Part shown: one piece after another, positions 38,929-49,516 of the stretch
Layout: every line of letters begins with the position of its first letter
How positions within the stretch are numbered: the stretch's first letter is position 1
Translations under genes and position numbers: made by a program
NCBI GenBank assembly: GCA_038888155.1
Contig: JAWAJB010000002.1
Location: forward strand, 192,001 to 256,000
Source of the DNA: Desulfurococcaceae archaeon
GTDB lineage: Archaea; Thermoproteota; Thermoprotei_A; Sulfolobales; Desulfurococcaceae
Direction: 5' to 3'
DNA: 64,000 nucleotides
Notes under the pieces: model-generated
The model's database searches: none
What the model saw: only the letters and a program-made list of their open reading frames with translations
Told to the model about the DNA's origin: nothing

Positions 38929-39348
38929 GTGAGCGAAAAGCCACTGGCCGCATTTATACTTATATTAATTAGTGGAGTAATGATGGTTGTTTCGAGCATT
39001 CTGTTCATGATAGGAGCCAGCTTGTTCATCCAGATACCGCGTTTCTTCCCTCGGCTGATTGCATCGTTAGCACTTGTCATAGGATTTGCCGGAGGAATAT
39101 TGGGGATCTTAATTTTGTTGGGGGCATTTATGATAAACACTGGAAACCCCAACAAGGTGCGAACGTGGTCTATTATAGTATTAGTGGCGTGTGTTTTAAG
39201 CATATTGCCCCCAATTAATGTCTCAACGCTGTTCGGTGGCATTTTCATAGGTTTTACATTTGGAATAGTGGGAGCTATTTTGGGATTAACTTGGAGACCA
39301 CTGCCAAAAGAAAAGAAGTTTACAGAAACGCCACCATCTAAGGCGTAA
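38929..39348 (+). CDS. Small multi-pass membrane protein
   Basis: Four hydrophobic segments, GGIFIGFTFGIVGAILGL; AGGTGG RBS. Confidence 0.75.
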   Translation: MSEKPLAAFILILISGVMMVVSSILFMIGASLFIQIPRFFPRLIASLALVIGFAGGILGILILLGAFMINTGNPNKVRTWSIIVLVACVLSILPPINVSTLFGGIFIGFTFGIVGAILGLTWRPLPKEKKFTETPPSKA

Positions 39349-39576
39349 GATGAGCACTCTAAGTTTACAAAGACGGCGTATTCTTTGTCATTCACCGCGA
39401 ATCAATTTTGTTTTTGATCTCTATTGCACGTTAGAAGGATAAACAACGTACACGTTATCGTGAGGATTGAGAGTTCTATAACTCAAAGATCCTACTAAAT
39501 AATTTTGACGGCTCTTTCTAAGCCTCAATAGATAAATCTTATAAATGATTACAAATGTGATTATACTTGCAAGTAG

Positions 39577-40356
39577 GTGTTCATATTGAAATATCAAGAG
39601 TGGTTTAATTACGTACATGGTAAAATTAAGAGCGGAAAACCGCTCTTAGGAGCATGGATAACTTTGCCTTATCCTGATGTAACCGAGGTGTTGAGCAATC
39701 TGCCCTTTGATTGGTTCCTAATCGACATGGAACATTCTCCGATTGATATTTCCCAGATCTCTCCACTACTCATGAGCATTAAAGAAACAAACGTTGTCCC
39801 AATCACGAGGGTTCCCTGGAATGACTTTGTAGCAATAAAGAGAGTTCTAGACCTCGGTGTTGCGGGAGTGTTGGTGCCTTGGGTCAACAGCAAGGAAGAG
39901 GCCATCAAGGCCGTTGAGGCTGTGAGATATCCGCCACTGGGAATTCGGGGAGTCGGTCCCAGAAGGTGTGTTAAATATGGTTTTGAAAATGTTGTTCAGT
40001 ATTTCAATGAGTGGAGCAAATATGCAATAGTTATAACTCAAATAGAGACTAAAAAGGCCTATGAAAATCTCGAGGAGATAATATCTGTTGACGGCGTTAC
40101 AGGCATATTAATAGGTCCGTCAGATCTGTCTGCATCACTTGGCATGTTTGGTAAGGCGAATACCCCGGAGTTTGAAAATATACTGAGGGATATTGCAACT
40201 AGAGCGAAACCGTATGAAAAAATAATTGGTATATTCGCACCAAATCCAGAGTTCGCGCTCAAGGCTTATAAGCTAGGTTACAACTTCATAGCGCTCTCGC
40301 ATGACATCACCTATCTAATTGAAGGCGCCAAAAAGTTCCTCGGGATGTTTCAATAA
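39577..40356 (+). CDS. HpcH/HpaI class II pyruvate aldolase
   Basis: FDWFLIDMEHS, IKRVLDLG, RYPPLGIRG, QIET, IGPSDLS. Confidence 0.92.
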   Translation: MFILKYQEWFNYVHGKIKSGKPLLGAWITLPYPDVTEVLSNLPFDWFLIDMEHSPIDISQISPLLMSIKETNVVPITRVPWNDFVAIKRVLDLGVAGVLVPWVNSKEEAIKAVEAVRYPPLGIRGVGPRRCVKYGFENVVQYFNEWSKYAIVITQIETKKAYENLEEIISVDGVTGILIGPSDLSASLGMFGKANTPEFENILRDIATRAKPYEKIIGIFAPNPEFALKAYKLGYNFIALSHDITYLIEGAKKFLGMFQ

Positions 40357-40594
40357 CTATTGTAAGCTAAAAATTGAAAATAAAGTTTTTTACTCTTCAA
40401 TTTTTAGTTCATAAAATTGCTCGAAGAAGGCTTTCCTGTTAATCGCGATGGACGATAAAGCTAAAAATGTTCTATTCATGTTAGTTGTGCATTATTTGTT
40501 CTACATTCTCTATATTAAAATTGTCAAAAAGACGGATAAGTGTAAGAAATAGAAAGTTTATATTTTTCCTTGGATAACTTTTTTAGGTGGTGTC

Positions 40595-41152
40595 GTGGAT
40601 TTATTCAACTTTCATAACTCGCTCAAAGAAATAGCTTGCCATGTAAAGGAGCTTGAAAATAAAGTAAATGGGGAATCAATTGATCAGCTTATTAGAACTA
40701 TGCTAGAGTCCGACAGGATATTTGTTTATGGAGCCGGTAGATCTGGCCTTATGGGAAAAGCATTTGCCCAGAGGTTGATGCACATAGGCCGGCAGGTCTT
40801 TGTGATTGGAGAAACACTAGTCACTGCGATGAAGAAAGGTGATGCCTTTATTCTTATTTCGGGTAGCGGTCAAACACCATCTACAGTATGTCTTGCCAAG
40901 AAGGCAAAAGAGCTCGGTGTGAAAATAGTGACAATTACTGCCCACCCGGAAAGCCAATTAGGCACAATATCCGACATTATTGTCCATATACCGAGCAAAA
41001 CTAAGCTGCTAGAAAAACCATCTTATGCCCCTTTCACAGCCTTGTTCGACATTTCTGTTTTGGCGGTATTAGACTCTGTTATATCTGAAGTTATGAGTCG
41101 ATTAGGTTTACAAGAAGAAGATATCTTTAGGAGACACGCAAATGTAGAGTAG
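40595..41152 (+). CDS. SIS-domain sugar-phosphate isomerase, 6-phospho-3-hexuloisomerase-like
   Basis: GAGRSGL..FAQRLMHIG, SGSGQT, C-terminal RHANVE. Confidence 0.85.
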   Translation: MDLFNFHNSLKEIACHVKELENKVNGESIDQLIRTMLESDRIFVYGAGRSGLMGKAFAQRLMHIGRQVFVIGETLVTAMKKGDAFILISGSGQTPSTVCLAKKAKELGVKIVTITAHPESQLGTISDIIVHIPSKTKLLEKPSYAPFTALFDISVLAVLDSVISEVMSRLGLQEEDIFRRHANVE

Positions 41153-41164
41153 GAGAAGATCCCT

Positions 41165-42118
41165 ATGAGGTCCTTAGATGCAATTGGTTATGGAGATATA
41201 TGCGTAGATTATGTTATTAAAGTCAAACGTTTCCCAAATGTTGACGAAAAAGTCTACATGGTGGGGAGTAGCAAACATGGCGGTGGCGTAACTGCGAATT
41301 TTGCCGTGGGTATATCTAGGCTTGGAGCATTAACTGGATTCGTTGGGGGCATAGGCAAGGATGAAAATGGGCGCTTTTTGTTGGAACTACTTAAAAAAGA
41401 TAAAATAGACACCTCTTTCTTGAAAATTTATGATGATCGTGAAACTGCAGTAAACTTTATAATTCTAGAAGAGACTGGAGATAGAAGGATCATCATGGAT
41501 CCTCTTCTAAGAGAAAACGTCCCTCCACCAGAGGTATTTGGTCATGATCTTGAGATGTATTTAGGTCGCGCAAAAGTTCTTCACACTTCGGCCATTAAAC
41601 TACCCGCCGCTATTAATTTAAGTAAAGTGGCCAAGAAAAACAACGTGTTAATTTCATTTGACTTAGAGAAGCACATTATAGAGCAATTCTCTCCCGAAAT
41701 CGTTGTGGAAATGATAAAGTTAACTGATATATTGCTGCCGAATAAAATGGGGGCAATTGCATTAACAGGCGAGACTTCTCTCATTGATGCGGGCAAAAAA
41801 CTGTTATCCCTTGGACCAAAAGTAGTAATAATTACGCTGGGCGAAAGAGGTTGCCTAGCTCTCACAAAAGATAGGATAAGAATGATACCTGCCTTCAAAA
41901 TTAAGCCTGTTGATACAACAGGTGCCGGAGACGCGTTTAACGCAGGATTCATATATGGATATGTAATCAAGGGGATGGACATTGATGAGGCTACACAACT
42001 TGCTAATCTTGTAGCGGCTATTAAATGTACTAAACTGGGAGCTCAATCGGGCATGCCGCTAAGAAGTGAAGTTGAAAAGTTCATAGGGGAGTTAAAGTTG
42101 AAAATTTCTCTCAACTAG
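41165..42118 (+). CDS. PfkB/ribokinase-family carbohydrate kinase
   Basis: GGGVTANFAV, ITLGERG, PfkB signature VDTTGAGDAFNAG. Confidence 0.92.
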   Translation: MRSLDAIGYGDICVDYVIKVKRFPNVDEKVYMVGSSKHGGGVTANFAVGISRLGALTGFVGGIGKDENGRFLLELLKKDKIDTSFLKIYDDRETAVNFIILEETGDRRIIMDPLLRENVPPPEVFGHDLEMYLGRAKVLHTSAIKLPAAINLSKVAKKNNVLISFDLEKHIIEQFSPEIVVEMIKLTDILLPNKMGAIALTGETSLIDAGKKLLSLGPKVVIITLGERGCLALTKDRIRMIPAFKIKPVDTTGAGDAFNAGFIYGYVIKGMDIDEATQLANLVAAIKCTKLGAQSGMPLRSEVEKFIGELKLKISLN

Positions 42119-42250
42119 CTTCTATAGGTTACCGTCTACATGCCTACAAAAATTTCTAAGCCTAGAAAATTTCCCCAAAGAAAAGTGGCAAATTGACAAG
42201 TATGAAAAACTTTAATAAAAATAGTATGCCTTTAAACTCTCTATATCTAG

Positions 42251-43489
42251 CTATTTTGATAAAAGTATCTTTTTCGACAACATATAATATATCTTAGCCA
42301 TTTTTTCAAACTCCTCAACGGCTAGAAACTCGTCGGTACTGTGTGCCGGATCTGGCGGTCCAGGACCATATGTGATTGTATGTATACCACACTCAGTGTA
42401 ATAATGCATATCAAGACCGGCTGCACATACTATCTTCCTGGGCACTTTCCCCAGAATTTCCAGTGCCGTTATTGCTGCTAGATGTACCAACTCAGATTCT
42501 GGGTTGGTAATCGCCGGTGGCATTTTACCAACTATTTTGACCCCTACACTAACGTTGTTGAGCTTTGAGGCTATTCTTTCTATGAACTCTACGACTTCTC
42601 TTTCTACTTCCTCAAGTCTCTCCTCCACTAAAATTCTTCGATCTATTGTGAATGAACAATATCCTGGGACGACATTTATTTTAACACCGCATTTTACTTC
42701 ACCTCCCAGTGTAATGCCAGCTTTTGCTGCTCGAGGATCTTCGTATTCATATATGGTCTTTTTGAGCTCTAAAACTCCAGCATAATCTCTTAAGAGTCGA
42801 TACGCTATTTCTACAACATATTCAAATGCGTTTACACCTAGCCAGGGCCTCGAAGCATGAGATTGCCTGCCATGCACTTCAACTAAAAACCACAATACCC
42901 CTCTGTGCCCTATTCTTATTGTATCAGATCCGCTTGGCTCTCCAATGATAACGTAATTCGGCCTCGTTAGGCCCTGTTTAACAAGGTACCCTGTCCCAGT
43001 TTCCCCTCCAGTTTCCTCGTCTGGGACTAGTGCTACTTCAATTGTGCCCTTTAGGGGCAGACGGGACTCCACTAGCGCTTTGGCCGCTGCAAGGAAAGCT
43101 GCTATTCCTCCCTTCATATCGCATGTTCCGCGCCCGTAGATCTTTCCCCCCTCTATGGTGGGCTCAAACGGCTTTTTGCTCCACCCGAAGCCAGGGGGGA
43201 CGACATCGTAGTGGCCATTAAAGTGGAGCACTGGCTCCCCAGATCCATATCTCCCGAGAACTATGTACCTCGGGTAGTTCGCGTACTCGGGCCTGTGCTT
43301 GGCGACGTATTCCCTGGGGACCTCGATGAGATCAACGTTAAACCCAATTGACTTTAACACCTCGCTAGCTAGAGCAGAGAACTCCCTGTAGTTCTCGCCC
43401 GGCGGGTTAACTGTTGGTATAGAGACCATATCTTTAAGGAGACTTAGACCCCATGGGAGCTCTTTTTCGACAAGCTCAAGCTGATTCAA
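42251..43489 (-). CDS. M20 metallopeptidase, DapE/ArgE family (copy 1)
   Basis: GHYDVV, GRGTCDMKGG, DEETGG, GEP, AHSTDE. Confidence 0.92.
   Translation of the reverse strand: MNQLELVEKELPWGLSLLKDMVSIPTVNPPGENYREFSALASEVLKSIGFNVDLIEVPREYVAKHRPEYANYPRYIVLGRYGSGEPVLHFNGHYDVVPPGFGWSKKPFEPTIEGGKIYGRGTCDMKGGIAAFLAAAKALVESRLPLKGTIEVALVPDEETGGETGTGYLVKQGLTRPNYVIIGEPSGSDTIRIGHRGVLWFLVEVHGRQSHASRPWLGVNAFEYVVEIAYRLLRDYAGVLELKKTIYEYEDPRAAKAGITLGGEVKCGVKINVVPGYCSFTIDRRILVEERLEEVEREVVEFIERIASKLNNVSVGVKIVGKMPPAITNPESELVHLAAITALEILGKVPRKIVCAAGLDMHYYTECGIHTITYGPGPPDPAHSTDEFLAVEEFEKMAKIYYMLSKKILLSK
42927..43453 (-). repeat. 527-bp direct repeat copy 1 (M20 N-terminal catalytic half)
   Basis: Appears identical to 50372-50898 (offset 7445); the ORF track shows identical shadow ORFs at 43030 and 50475. 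Confidence 0.95.
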
Positions 43490-43570
43490 ATGCTCACCAT
43501 TTTACTCTATACGAGAACATTTTAAAAACTTGTCAACCCTTGAATCTAATCGTTGAGAGCTAAAGCCGTG

Positions 43571-45274
43571 CTAGTATATGTATTTATACCCAAGGGCTTT
43601 GGCCTTTGATGCCCACGAAGGGACTGGGGGTATTAGCTTGTCCTCGGGCTGAACCGGTACATCTATTAGTGTTGGTCCCTGAATTTTGATCGCTTCCTTT
43701 ATTTTATACTCAAGATCTTCTGGGCTCACTCGAAGTCCTACAAGTCCAAATCCTTCTGCTATCTTGACGTAATCAATCGGTTTAAAGTCCGTAGCGAAGT
43801 ATCTAGGTCCATAATGCATAAGAATTGACGCTCTTATCCAGCCAAAGCTCTGATTGTTGAAGAGGATTATTTTAACATTTGGCTGGAGCCTCGAAAGCGT
43901 CTCTAATTCGCCTGCTGTGAATCCGAAGCTACCATCACCAGCTAGCGCAAAAACTGTGTTGTTTGGATTTGCATAATATGCTCCTATTGCAGCTGGTATA
44001 GAGTAGCCGAGAGCACCAATCGAGTAATTAAATAGTATCCTTCTGCCCCCCTCACGTACTTTAAAGTACGTAGACGTATAAATAGCTCCAACCCCTGGAT
44101 CACAAGCAATGATATAGTTCTTTGGTATAATTCTTTCGAATACTTTTATAAATTGAAGCGGGTTAACATAATCTCTTCCTTCTGTTTGAGCGATGGAAAT
44201 TATCGAATCATACTCGCTTCTTTTTGCCTTAATGTAGTCCACCCACGCTGAGGTGCCCTTAATAGCCTTAGCTCTCACAGTGTCGATAATCTCCTGAAGC
44301 GTACTTTTCGCATCCCCAATGAGCTCTAAATCTGTTCTTAGGTGATTTCCTACTTCGGCCTCGCTTATGTCCAAGTGGATTACTTTTGTTCCAGGCTTAG
44401 GCATTGTCCAGTTATCTGTTGCAACTTGGTCAACATTACATCCTATGAAGAATACGAGGTCGGCATTTGATAAAATATCATTTGAGAAGGAAGTACCTCC
44501 TCTCGAACCAATAACGCCAACTGAGAGCGGGTGGGATTCGGGAAAACAGCCCTTGCCTGCAATAGTGCTTGCTACTGGTATTCGAAGAATTTCAGCTAAC
44601 TCTAAAATTTCGTTCCATGCTTGAGAGTAGAGCGCTCCCTGACCGCAGACAATTAAGGGTCGCTCCGAATTAAGCAGTAACTCTACGGCTTTAGTGACAT
44701 ATTCTCTCGTAGGTGTTATTCTATGTCCTGGGTACTTAGAGAACTCTTTTTGTATAAACAAGTCTGTTTTTCCTACCTCTTCCTCAAGGACATTAACCGG
44801 GATCCTAATATGTACCGGTCCAGGTCTGCCGGTTGTTGTAAGCCTAAATGCCCTTCTAAAAATTAAGGGAATGTCTTCTCCTCGATAAATGGTAAGGGAC
44901 TCTTTCACAAAGTTAATGAAAAGTGACGTTTGATCAAAAGCAGTTAAAGCGTTTTTCTTCTCTAAATGAAGTGGCATATCCGTGGTTATATAAATTACGG
45001 GGGTTGCAGATTTATGTGCCTCTACGACAGAGGGGAGTACGTGTGCTGCCCCTGAGCTCGGACTTTCGCATATTCCTGGTTTATAACTTACCTTACTGTA
45101 TCCATCTGCTGCAAAACAGGCGTTTCTCTCATCCCTCAGCATAACATGTTTTACTGCGTCTCCAACTTCCAACCATTCATTATAGAGTGGAATAGTTGTT
45201 TCGCCCGGCAGTCCGAATACGTGCTTAACATTGTATCCTATAAGAGTTTCTAAGAGGACTCTTGCCGCTTTCAT
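43571..45274 (-). CDS. TPP-dependent enzyme, acetolactate synthase-like
   Basis: FGLPGE, RDERNA.FAADGY, GRPGPVHI, TPP motif GDGSFG...NNQSFG. Confidence 0.9.
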   Translation of the reverse strand: MKAARVLLETLIGYNVKHVFGLPGETTIPLYNEWLEVGDAVKHVMLRDERNACFAADGYSKVSYKPGICESPSSGAAHVLPSVVEAHKSATPVIYITTDMPLHLEKKNALTAFDQTSLFINFVKESLTIYRGEDIPLIFRRAFRLTTTGRPGPVHIRIPVNVLEEEVGKTDLFIQKEFSKYPGHRITPTREYVTKAVELLLNSERPLIVCGQGALYSQAWNEILELAEILRIPVASTIAGKGCFPESHPLSVGVIGSRGGTSFSNDILSNADLVFFIGCNVDQVATDNWTMPKPGTKVIHLDISEAEVGNHLRTDLELIGDAKSTLQEIIDTVRAKAIKGTSAWVDYIKAKRSEYDSIISIAQTEGRDYVNPLQFIKVFERIIPKNYIIACDPGVGAIYTSTYFKVREGGRRILFNYSIGALGYSIPAAIGAYYANPNNTVFALAGDGSFGFTAGELETLSRLQPNVKIILFNNQSFGWIRASILMHYGPRYFATDFKPIDYVKIAEGFGLVGLRVSPEDLEYKIKEAIKIQGPTLIDVPVQPEDKLIPPVPSWASKAKALGYKYIY

Positions 45275-45358
45275 TATGTTTCACCGTGGATAGGCCATTA
45301 ATTAAAACAACAGGATAATATTTAAAGATAAAAAATATCATTTGGTCAAAAATCTAGT

Positions 45359-45760
45359 TCAGGATGAAATTATTAGTTCCTCCCCTAAATGTAAGCCAAT
45401 TTCCCCGCCCGTCTTTGGCTCCTTTGTATAGCAAATTATATTCATGTGGTTCGGCATATGAGTTTCGTCAAAGCCGGCAATCGAGCACAGGGGTTCTTTC
45501 CTTAAAAACAAAATATCTCCTACCGCAACAATGCCACCTTTAGTAACCTCAAAAAAGCATAAATATACAGCGCCTTTGACACTAGAGCCAGGCTTCGCAT
45601 CAGGATTGGATGTTAAAATAAGCTCGTGGATCTCCCCTGACTTCACTGCGCGAGTATGGGGAGTTATAAGTTTTAACTCACGATCAGGTAGTCGGAGATC
45701 CATTACAGCAATTACTGTGCCGCTCACTGATCTCTTTGCAAGAAATATATCTTTTCCCAT
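45359..45760 (-). CDS. Conserved hypothetical protein (DUF6917-like)
   Basis: GEIHELI, YL.FFEV..GG...GD, GFDETHMPNHMNI conserved-looking motifs; ATG at 45760 preferred over 45883. Confidence 0.65.
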   Translation of the reverse strand: MGKDIFLAKRSVSGTVIAVMDLRLPDRELKLITPHTRAVKSGEIHELILTSNPDAKPGSSVKGAVYLCFFEVTKGGIVAVGDILFLRKEPLCSIAGFDETHMPNHMNIICYTKEPKTGGEIGLHLGEELIISS

Positions 45761-46069
45761 GATTGAAAATCGCGCATATGGTTCTGCGGACAAATTACAC
45801 ACCCATTTCGAATGTATTGTTTTGTAGATATTAAGAGCAAAAACGGAACATTGTCCATAAAACTCAGTAATATTAAACTTCACAAATAGGTTTACACATT
45901 TATTTGGGCTATTATTTACATCTAACTTGAAGAAGCATGCTCAAATTTATGTAGATTTAATTATCATTTAAGATCTCTCGTACTTTTCGTGGCAGACATT
46001 CGTATGAGTAACAGATAACTGATAAACTCATTCAAAACATTAACTTCTTAGTAGAAGCAATTTAGCTGC

Positions 46070-47350
46070 TTAAGCGAAGTCGCTATATTCAGCGTACTTT
46101 AATCCAAGCACGTTGGCCACATCCTTTAACTCTTCGCGGACGTCCATGGGCACAATTACATGATGATTTGTCACCGCTATATTGGGTAGCTTCTCTACGT
46201 TAAAATCTACTTCTAGTATACTTTGGGTTCTACACAGAGCGGGGTGCATCAAACCGCTCTCCATAATGTACCCTTTGGCCACAAGCATTAAATTGCGCTT
46301 GAGACTTAGTGAAATGGCAGTGTAAGGACCTTTCCTCAATTTGCCTGTTAACGAGTAGGGACATCCCGATTCGAAGTGTGAAACAATAGTTAACTCTTCG
46401 CCTAAACTTAGCGGAACTGTGCAGTGAGCGAAGTGTATTTTATTATCGTTTAGCGATGATGTATTTGCAATCCAACCTGTAGTCCCTACCAAGGACTTTG
46501 AAATCATCATAGTAGCCAATGAGGAGAGATCGCCCTCGCAGGCTGTGGCGATTCCTATGCTATTTAGTAAGGCTACTGATAAACAGGGAGTTATTTGGCG
46601 CGTCTCCAAGTACGGGAAACAATCAATTGCTATGCCACCATAATTACCTGACTCAGTCACGTGTCTGAGGACAGAGTACAATTTTGCGACTTCAATCAAC
46701 CTGTCTTTTGGGAGACTGCACTTTATTTTATTTAAGGCGCACATGAAATGATCTGCATAGGACCCTCCATCGCTTTCGCTTTCTATCTCATTTATGAGGC
46801 TTTCGATAGTGTATGTTTCTACAGTAGCTTCAAATAACCTCTCAAATTCTTTAACTGCATCTTGTTTGCTATTGTTTGAACAGATCAAAAGAACTCTTGT
46901 CCCCAGTACTGAAGATACTGCTTGAATTACTCTTATCATTCGATCCAACGTTGGAGTGCATCTAGGAGAATTAAGGCTACTGCAATAGTATACACCAAGC
47001 GATACGTTCTCAAGTTCGAGGTTAGCCCTAGCAGAAATAGCTGACGCCAAACTGTTGTGCTCGCCGTGGGACAGTAAAATAGCCTTATTGTAACCGGATG
47101 ATATCACGAACTTTTGAATGAGCTTACTAACGCCGCCAGTTAGAGCGACAATTAATGGAATAGCGTCAAGGCGCTTTTCTGTTATCTCTTGTATATCTTT
47201 TTGGTTTGTGACAACTGGCAAATAGGTTAAATTGAGGCCGCTTTTCTCCAAGTATTTCTTCAGTCCATTATAAATCTCCCAATAATATGACTCGCCATGA
47301 ATTCTTGAAGCAAAGGGAGCGACCAACACCTTTTTCAAGAGCGACACCAC
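46070..47350 (-). CDS. L-fucose/L-arabinose isomerase-like protein
   Basis: TGG, IDCFP, PCL, ACEGD, FAHCTVP, HFES, CRTQ, NHHV. Confidence 0.75.
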   Translation of the reverse strand: MVSLLKKVLVAPFASRIHGESYYWEIYNGLKKYLEKSGLNLTYLPVVTNQKDIQEITEKRLDAIPLIVALTGGVSKLIQKFVISSGYNKAILLSHGEHNSLASAISARANLELENVSLGVYYCSSLNSPRCTPTLDRMIRVIQAVSSVLGTRVLLICSNNSKQDAVKEFERLFEATVETYTIESLINEIESESDGGSYADHFMCALNKIKCSLPKDRLIEVAKLYSVLRHVTESGNYGGIAIDCFPYLETRQITPCLSVALLNSIGIATACEGDLSSLATMMISKSLVGTTGWIANTSSLNDNKIHFAHCTVPLSLGEELTIVSHFESGCPYSLTGKLRKGPYTAISLSLKRNLMLVAKGYIMESGLMHPALCRTQSILEVDFNVEKLPNIAVTNHHVIVPMDVREELKDVANVLGLKYAEYSDFA

Positions 47351-47721
47351 AATTATTAAATTTCATTACCCTCCGACTTTAAATAAGGTTAATGCCGTTA
47401 AGAGCTCTTGAAAAATTTTATACATCAAGGAGCTATGCATTTTTCATTAAATTAATATGTGCAAAGTGGCGTGGTTTAGGGAGAATAATTTCTCGTAGCT
47501 TGATGCCATTTCAGCAATCCGACAACAAGCCCTTAGGGTGAGTTTAATGCGGGATTTAAACGTTCACGTTTTCTTATCGTAAATGGAGTGTTCGGATCGA
47601 GAGCTTATCAAAGTTAACCTCGAGCATCTAAATAACTGTTAAAGAGAGCGTGAAGATTAGAGCGAAAATAAATATTTCTCCTTATTAATGTTTATTTCGC
47701 TTAATTTAGATAGGTGATTGA

Positions 47722-48225
47722 TTGAGGAAAATAAAATTGAATGGAACGATAATTCTCCTTTCATTAGCAATTGCAACCTTTGCTCTGTACTTTGGAAATT
47801 TCCTCGAAACAAACGAGAACAGCCTCTCAGAACGTCAAAAGTATCTAGACATGACTATTGACATAGAGAATAAAACTGGAGAAATTAGTTTTAGCTTAGG
47901 CCCTGTTCAATTAACCAAAGGAAACTTAATCATCAGACCTAAAATTACAGGCTATTATGGGAATTTAACTATAGCACTAAACGGAGCTGTTTTATTGACC
48001 TCTACTTCAAACTCCTATAGAATCAACATGCCCTGCTTATTTAGTTCGAGTGAACCGTGCTATAGAGTGATGATGTTGATCCCCGGCTACGACATTCCAT
48101 TGGGGGTTGAGGAGGGAGTTTACAATTTGTCTATAATACTAAGTTGGAAGGCCATGGGGACTGGGCGACTTTACTTAAGAATTTTAATAGAACATAATGG
48201 ATTAACTGCTGTAGATAGGCGGTAG
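47722..48225 (+). CDS. Hypothetical membrane-anchored or secreted beta-rich protein
   Basis: N-terminal TM segment; AGGTGA RBS; no motif recognised. Confidence 0.65.
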   Translation: MRKIKLNGTIILLSLAIATFALYFGNFLETNENSLSERQKYLDMTIDIENKTGEISFSLGPVQLTKGNLIIRPKITGYYGNLTIALNGAVLLTSTSNSYRINMPCLFSSSEPCYRVMMLIPGYDIPLGVEEGVYNLSIILSWKAMGTGRLYLRILIEHNGLTAVDRR

Positions 48226-48331
48226 AGCGATAACGCTATTTTGCTAAAATGTAACAAGGCCGAGAGATTTTAAAAGACCCGCATGTACACTCTACATCGA
48301 CATTAACATGAAGTTTGTGTTTTGACGACAG

Positions 48332-49516
48332 TCACAATAAATTACGTTGAATTATAATTTTAAGGTATAGCATTAGAGATAACAAATTTGTGATAAGCGT
48401 GTATAGTAGTACATATAGAGTTGAACTGAACAAGTTGCTGTATATATAGCCGCCAACGGCCCACATAACTCCATATATTAAACCAAATAGTCCGTAGCCA
48501 AAAGGTCTTTTAGAGGGCTCTAATATACTTGCTAATGCTGCCCTCATAACACTCTCTTCGTAGCATGCAATAATGCCCCACGGAATGACACATAGAATTG
48601 TTAGCTCCCGCGGAGCAAATAAAATTAGCGAAATAAATGTGAGCGAGAGTATTGGCGGAATAATAAAGGTTTTAACACCCACTTTATCAAATAAGTACCC
48701 CAGCGGAACGGCAACCAAAGCGTCCACTATCATGGCGATCGCGTATCCTAGTCCAATCTCGTAATCGCTTAAGGCACCAGTAGATTTCAAATAGTAAGAG
48801 GCAATTGTCCAGTGCATGAAGCCCAAAGCGAAAAAGCTAGATGCAATTATGTATAGCTTGAAGTCTCGGCCTATCGCGTGGAATAACTTACCATTTTCAC
48901 CTTCTGTAGTGCTCATACTTCGAAGTTGGGGATATAAGATATAAGAGAATAAAACAAGTCCGACAGCAATAATGCCGGGAATTGCCAATGTAAGGAAACC
49001 TGCCCTATAACCCCAGTTTGTTAGTACGAATACGATTACCAATGGACCTATGAACGCACCAAGCTGATCTAGTAGTTCGTGAATTCCGAACCCTTTTCCG
49101 AGCCCAATATTACTTGATACTTCTGCAACTACTACATCACGAGATGGGGCCCTTAGACCTTTACCTACTCTGTCAAGAACGTATAGCATAGTTGCAATGC
49201 TCCACGATGATACGACCCCAAGCAGGGGTATACTAAATGCCGTAATACAGTAACCCAGTATAGTAAAGCTCCATATAACCTTAGACGAACCAAACAAAGT
49301 AGCTATAAGACCTGATATGAACCTTAAAGCATAGCCTATGAATTCGCCAAAACCGACTAAAGCCGGTCCCACAGGGGGCGATCCAAGCTCCTTTAAATAT
49401 GCTCCACTAATTGATCTACCCCCCTCATAAACAATATCGGCGAAAAGTGAAACGAGCCCCAACAAATAAAAAACGAACCTTGCCCGTTTCAGTGCTCTGT
49501 TTTCCATCGAACTCAC
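48332..49516 (-). CDS. MFS transporter
   Basis: VSLFADIVYEG, DRVGKGLRAPSRD, GKGFGIHELLDQLGAFIGP; about 12 TM segments. Confidence 0.9.
   Translation of the reverse strand: MSSMENRALKRARFVFYLLGLVSLFADIVYEGGRSISGAYLKELGSPPVGPALVGFGEFIGYALRFISGLIATLFGSSKVIWSFTILGYCITAFSIPLLGVVSSWSIATMLYVLDRVGKGLRAPSRDVVVAEVSSNIGLGKGFGIHELLDQLGAFIGPLVIVFVLTNWGYRAGFLTLAIPGIIAVGLVLFSYILYPQLRSMSTTEGENGKLFHAIGRDFKLYIIASSFFALGFMHWTIASYYLKSTGALSDYEIGLGYAIAMIVDALVAVPLGYLFDKVGVKTFIIPPILSLTFISLILFAPRELTILCVIPWGIIACYEESVMRAALASILEPSKRPFGYGLFGLIYGVMWAVGGYIYSNLFSSTLYVLLYTLITNLLSLMLYLKIIIQRNLL

Noticed and set aside
38886-39395. 169-aa minus-strand ORF
   Set aside because: Antisense shadow of the + strand membrane protein, which has an RBS and a coherent TM pattern
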